Shown: positions 60,187-64,000 of the stretch, piece after piece
How the letters are laid out: every line of letters begins with the position of its first letter
Numbering within the stretch: position 1 is the stretch's first letter
NCBI GenBank assembly: GCA_963815215.1
Contig: CAWFFU010000008.1
Coordinates: 1 to 64,000 of the forward strand
Length of the DNA stretch: 64,000 nt
Direction: 5' to 3'
Source of the DNA: an uncultured Trueperaceae bacterium
GTDB lineage: Bacteria > Deinococcota > Deinococci > Deinococcales > Trueperaceae
Notes under the pieces: generated by a model
Databases searched by the model: none
What the model was told of the DNA's origin: nothing
The model's input: the letters and a program-made list of their open reading frames with translations, nothing else
Position numbers and translations under genes: made by a program

Positions 60187-63100
60187 GTGACGCAGCTGCG
60201 GCTCCGCATCGAACTTCTCGGACATGTCCGCATCCTGGACGGCGGCACGCCCGTGGCGGCGCTCGCGTCGGCACGTCGCTGCAGCCTGCTGGCCTACCTG
60301 ATTCTGCACCGCCACGTGGCCGTGCGACGCGAACGTCTGGCCTCCCTGTTCTGGCCTGACTCGGAGGAAGGGCAGGCGCGCACCAACCTGCGGCGCGAAC
60401 TCCACCACCTCCGCGCCGACCTGCCATGCGCCGACGAAGTGTTGCGGGTCGATGCCGACACGCTGCAATGGGTGTCCGGGGACACGGTGGAGGTCGATGT
60501 CGAGGCGCTCGAGACAGCCCTGGAGGCCGCCGCCGCCGCACGCAGCGGCGGCGACCCGCGCGCAGAGAGTGGCGCCCTCGAGAGGGCGGCCGTCCTCTAC
60601 CGCGGCGACCTGCTGCCCGCCAGCTACGACGACTGGTTGGAAGGCGAACGGCAACGCCTTCGTTGCGCCGTCCTGGCCGGTCTCGAGCGACTGGTGGGGC
60701 TGGCCGAGTCATCGGGCGACACGGCGGCGGCGCTGGCGCATGCCGAGCGCTTGCTGGGCATCGATCCCGCCGCCGAGTCCGCCTACCGCGCCCTGATGCG
60801 CTTGCACCAGCGCGACGGCAACCGCGCCGCCGCCATCCACGCCTTCCACCGCTGCGCCGGCGCCCTGCAGCGCGAGCTCGAGGTGACACCGAGCGATGCG
60901 ACCCGCGCCGCCTACGAGGCACTGCTCGCTACCGAAGGCGGAACCGACCGCCGTGCGCCGCGCGAGGCGCGCGACGGCGCGCCTCTGGTCGGCCGCGATC
61001 GGGCGCTCGCCACGCTGGCGGAGGCCTGGGTCGACGCGCGCGCAGGCGCTTCTGGGGTGGTGGTGGTCTACGGCGAGGCGGGCATCGGCAAGACGCGCCT
61101 GGTTGAGGAGTTCGTGCGCCACAGCCATCCGCAGCAGGCGACCGTCGCCCGCAGCCGCGCCTACGCCGCCGAGGGCACCGTCAGCTACGGGCTCGCCGTG
61201 GACTGGCTTCGCACCCCCGCCGTCAGCGAGCGGGTGCGCGAGCTGCCCGCACCATGGCGCGCCGAGATCGCCCGCCTGGCCCCGGAGCTCGACCCGGAGG
61301 GGGCGCAGGAGCCCGACGCTCCCGACACCGTGCCCGCATCCTGGCAACGACGACGCCTGCTGGAGGCGATCGCCCGCGCGCTGCTGGCCGCGCCGGGCCC
61401 CCGGTTGCTGATCGCCGACGATCTGCAGTGGGCGGATGCCGACTCCCTGGACGTGCTCCGTCTGCTGACGCGCCTCGATGGCACGGCCCAGCTGCTCATC
61501 CTGGCCACGGCCCGCAGCGAGGAGTTGCCCGGTCGGCCGGCGCTGGAGCGCCTGCTACTGGAGTGGCGGGCGAGCGGCCGCCTGCGTGACGTGGAGCTGG
61601 GACGCCTCAGCCCGTCCGAGACCGAACGGCTGGCCCGAGACGTCGCCGGCGGACGGCTGTCGGCCGCTGACCTGGCCCGGATCGTGCGCGTCAGCGAGGG
61701 CGTGCCCTTGTTCGTGGTCGAGGCGTTGCTCGCCGGGGACGGCGACGCGGACGCACTCCCGCCCGGGGAGGCCACCGACACCCTCACCGCACTTCCTCCC
61801 CGCGTGCGCGCCGTCCTCAGCGCGCGCCTGCAGCAGCTCTCCCCGGCGGCAGCTTCGCTCGCTGAGCTGGCAGCCACCATCGGCCGCGCCTTCCGTTTCG
61901 AGGTGCTGCGCCAGGCGTCCGATCGGACCGAGGAGGAACTGGTCCGGGCGCTGGACGAGCTGTGGCGCCGCCGCATCGTGCGCGAGCAGGCGGCCGGTGC
62001 CTACGACTTCAGTCACGACGCTCTGCGCGACGCCGCCCGTCAGGGTGCCGACCCGGCCCGCCGGCGGCTGCTCCACCGGCGCGTGGCACGCGCCCTCGAG
62101 CACCTTCAAGCCGAGGGGGCGGGTCCCATGAGCGGCCGGCTGGCCCACCATTTCGAGCAGGGGGGCGAGCCGGGGCGCGCCGTCCATGCCTACCGGCAGG
62201 CGGCCCGTGAGGCGGGGGCGGTGTACGCTCACGGCGAGGCGGTGCGCCTTCTCGACCACGCGTTGGAGCTGGTGGCTGCGTTCCCGCCGTCCGAGGAGCG
62301 CGACCGGCGCGAGCTCGAGCTCCACCTGGCGAAGAGCATCCCCATCCGCTCACTGGGCGGCTACACCGCGCCGACCCTAGACCATGCCATGCGCCGCGCG
62401 CGTGAGCTAAGCGAGCGTCTCGGCGACCTGGGTGGGCTCAACCAGGCTCTGCGCAACCAGCAGAACACCCGCTTCGTGAGCGGCCGGCTGGCCGAGGCAC
62501 TGGAGCTGTCCGAGCGCCTGCAGGCGCTGGCCCGCGACGTGCCCGACAGGCAGGCGGAGGGCGACCACGCCATGGCGGGCTCGCTGTTGACGGCGGGCGA
62601 CGTGGAGGGCGCCCTGCGGCACTTCGAACGCGCCGAGCAGGGTTACGATCCCGCCACCGGCCGCCAGCAGCTCTCGGTGTTCGGAGCCGACCTGGGGGTG
62701 TTCACCGCCGGCTGGCGCGCGCATGCACTGTGGCTGGCGGGCTTCACCCCGGCCGCACTGGCCGCGTCCGAGCGCGGCGTGGCGCACGCCGACGAGCTCG
62801 GCCACGCCTATAGCCAGGCGCTCGCGCACGCCTACGGGGCTGCGCTCGACCACATGCGCCGCGACCGACGCGGCTGCCTGGCCCACGCCCGCACCACGGT
62901 CGAGATCTGCGAGACCTGCGGCTTCGCCTACTACGTGCACTGGGGGCGGCTGCTGGCCGCCTGGGCCGACGCTTCCCTCGCGCCGGGCGAGCGCGTGACG
63001 ATCATCGAGGGAGCCATCGCGGGGCTCGAGCAGGAGGGAGCGGCAGTGCGACGTCCCTTCTACCTCACCGTGCTGGCGCAGGCGCTGTCCCGCGCCGGCG

Positions 63101-63522
63101 ACTGCGAGCGCGCCCGTGAGGCACTGGCCGAGGCCGAGCGGCGGGCCGACGCCACCGACGAGAGCTGGTGGGCGGCCGAGATCGCCCGGCTGCAGTCGCG
63201 GCTGGCGCCTACCGAAGCCGCGCGCGACGCGTGCCTGCACACCGCTCTGGTGCGCGCCGAGCGCATGAGCGCCTGGCCGCTGGCGGCCCGAAGCGCATTG
63301 ACGTGGGCGCAAGACCTGCGCGGGCGGGGGCAGACGGTCGACGCGGCACGCGTGCTCGAGCGGGTGCTCGAGCGTGCCCCGGCGCACGCCGCCGGCCGCG
63401 ACCTGGCGCGCGCGGCGCGGTTCCTGCACCACCTGCGGGCCCGAGAGCGAACGCCGCGAACGGTGCGCGAACGCTCCGCCTCCTACCCTTCAGAAGACCC
63501 AGAAGGCAAGGAGGACGGATGA
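60187..63522 (+). CDS. Large SARP/BTAD-AAA ATPase-TPR transcriptional regulator
   Basis: N-terminal wHTH (LLAYL..FWPD..ARTNLR), BTAD (YRGDLL, ESAYRALM), Walker A GEAGIGKT, DDLQWAD, FSHDALR. Confidence 0.88.
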   Translation: MTQLRLRIELLGHVRILDGGTPVAALASARRCSLLAYLILHRHVAVRRERLASLFWPDSEEGQARTNLRRELHHLRADLPCADEVLRVDADTLQWVSGDTVEVDVEALETALEAAAAARSGGDPRAESGALERAAVLYRGDLLPASYDDWLEGERQRLRCAVLAGLERLVGLAESSGDTAAALAHAERLLGIDPAAESAYRALMRLHQRDGNRAAAIHAFHRCAGALQRELEVTPSDATRAAYEALLATEGGTDRRAPREARDGAPLVGRDRALATLAEAWVDARAGASGVVVVYGEAGIGKTRLVEEFVRHSHPQQATVARSRAYAAEGTVSYGLAVDWLRTPAVSERVRELPAPWRAEIARLAPELDPEGAQEPDAPDTVPASWQRRRLLEAIARALLAAPGPRLLIADDLQWADADSLDVLRLLTRLDGTAQLLILATARSEELPGRPALERLLLEWRASGRLRDVELGRLSPSETERLARDVAGGRLSAADLARIVRVSEGVPLFVVEALLAGDGDADALPPGEATDTLTALPPRVRAVLSARLQQLSPAAASLAELAATIGRAFRFEVLRQASDRTEEELVRALDELWRRRIVREQAAGAYDFSHDALRDAARQGADPARRRLLHRRVARALEHLQAEGAGPMSGRLAHHFEQGGEPGRAVHAYRQAAREAGAVYAHGEAVRLLDHALELVAAFPPSEERDRRELELHLAKSIPIRSLGGYTAPTLDHAMRRARELSERLGDLGGLNQALRNQQNTRFVSGRLAEALELSERLQALARDVPDRQAEGDHAMAGSLLTAGDVEGALRHFERAEQGYDPATGRQQLSVFGADLGVFTAGWRAHALWLAGFTPAALAASERGVAHADELGHAYSQALAHAYGAALDHMRRDRRGCLAHARTTVEICETCGFAYYVHWGRLLAAWADASLAPGERVTIIEGAIAGLEQEGAAVRRPFYLTVLAQALSRAGDCERAREALAEAERRADATDESWWAAEIARLQSRLAPTEAARDACLHTALVRAERMSAWPLAARSALTWAQDLRGRGQTVDAARVLERVLERAPAHAAGRDLARAARFLHHLRARERTPRTVRERSASYPSEDPEGKEDG
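63447..63473 (+). promoter_or_regulatory. Three GCGAACG heptamer direct repeats (candidate SARP operator)
   Basis: GCGAACG at 63447, 63456, 63467, 45 bp upstream of the next start codon. Confidence 0.55.
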
Positions 63523-64000
63523 CCATGCAGCAGCGTTCACCCGAAACGCAGGCCGGTGCCACCCCGGCCGCGCCACCCCTTCCGAGCGCGTTCGTGGAGG
63601 CACTCCGCGGCGCGGTACGCGGTGCCGTGCTGGCCCCCAGCGACGATGGTTACGAGGAGGCTCGGCAGGTCTACAACGCCATGATCCAGCGCCGTCCCGG
63701 CGTCATCGTGCGCGTCGCGGACACCGCGGACGTGATCACCTGCGTCAACACCGCGCGCGATGGCAAGGTCCCGCTTGCCGTCCGCGGTGGCGGCCACAAC
63801 GCCGCCGGCCTAGGCGTCGCCGACGGCGCACTGGTGGTCGACCTGTCGCACCTGCACGGCATCCGCGTGGATCCCGAAGCCGGCACCGTGCGGGTGGAAG
63901 GCGGCTGCGTCTGGGGCGACGTCGACCACGCCACCCACCCCTTCGGGCTCGCGGTGCCTTGCGGCTTCATCGCCAGCACGGGGGTCGGCGGCCTCACCCT
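63519..64000 (+). CDS. FAD-binding (PCMH/BBE-like) oxidoreductase, partial
   Basis: YEEARQVYNAMIQRRP, AVRGGGHN, VVDLS, STGVGGLT; not in the ORF track because it runs off the window. Confidence 0.88.
   Translation, partial: MTMQQRSPETQAGATPAAPPLPSAFVEALRGAVRGAVLAPSDDGYEEARQVYNAMIQRRPGVIVRVADTADVITCVNTARDGKVPLAVRGGGHNAAGLGVADGALVVDLSHLHGIRVDPEAGTVRVEGGCVWGDVDHATHPFGLAVPCGFIASTGVGGLT

Overview
GC-rich bacterial chromosome window, most likely Deinococcota (Trueperaceae-like). The assignment rests on Thermus-like complex I subunits and many apparently leaderless genes. Bases 1-8300 form an accessory region downstream of the AMP nucleosidase gene. It carries an IS3 remnant, an AbiEi/AbiEii type IV toxin-antitoxin pair, two back-to-back gene fragments, a secreted LRR protein, and a decayed IS3-family element interrupted by a truncated group II intron. 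The most striking signal is that the last 17 bp of amn (CTACCAGCGGTAGTGCC, a dyad) recur at 1182 and 3250 inside ~75-bp mutually similar repeats. These split the region into integrase-free modules, one of which holds only the AbiE pair, suggesting a tandem array of att-bounded cassettes. The rest is core or metabolic: trxC, tnaA, ndk, a complete nuoA-N operon, tRNA-Lys/Glu/Val, peptide ABC components, amidohydrolases, kynureninase, a two-component system and a SARP/BTAD-AAA regulator. NuoG lacks the four N7 cysteines, and a Rex/CRP-like operator sits upstream of nuoA. All calls are from motif recognition by eye; no searches were run.
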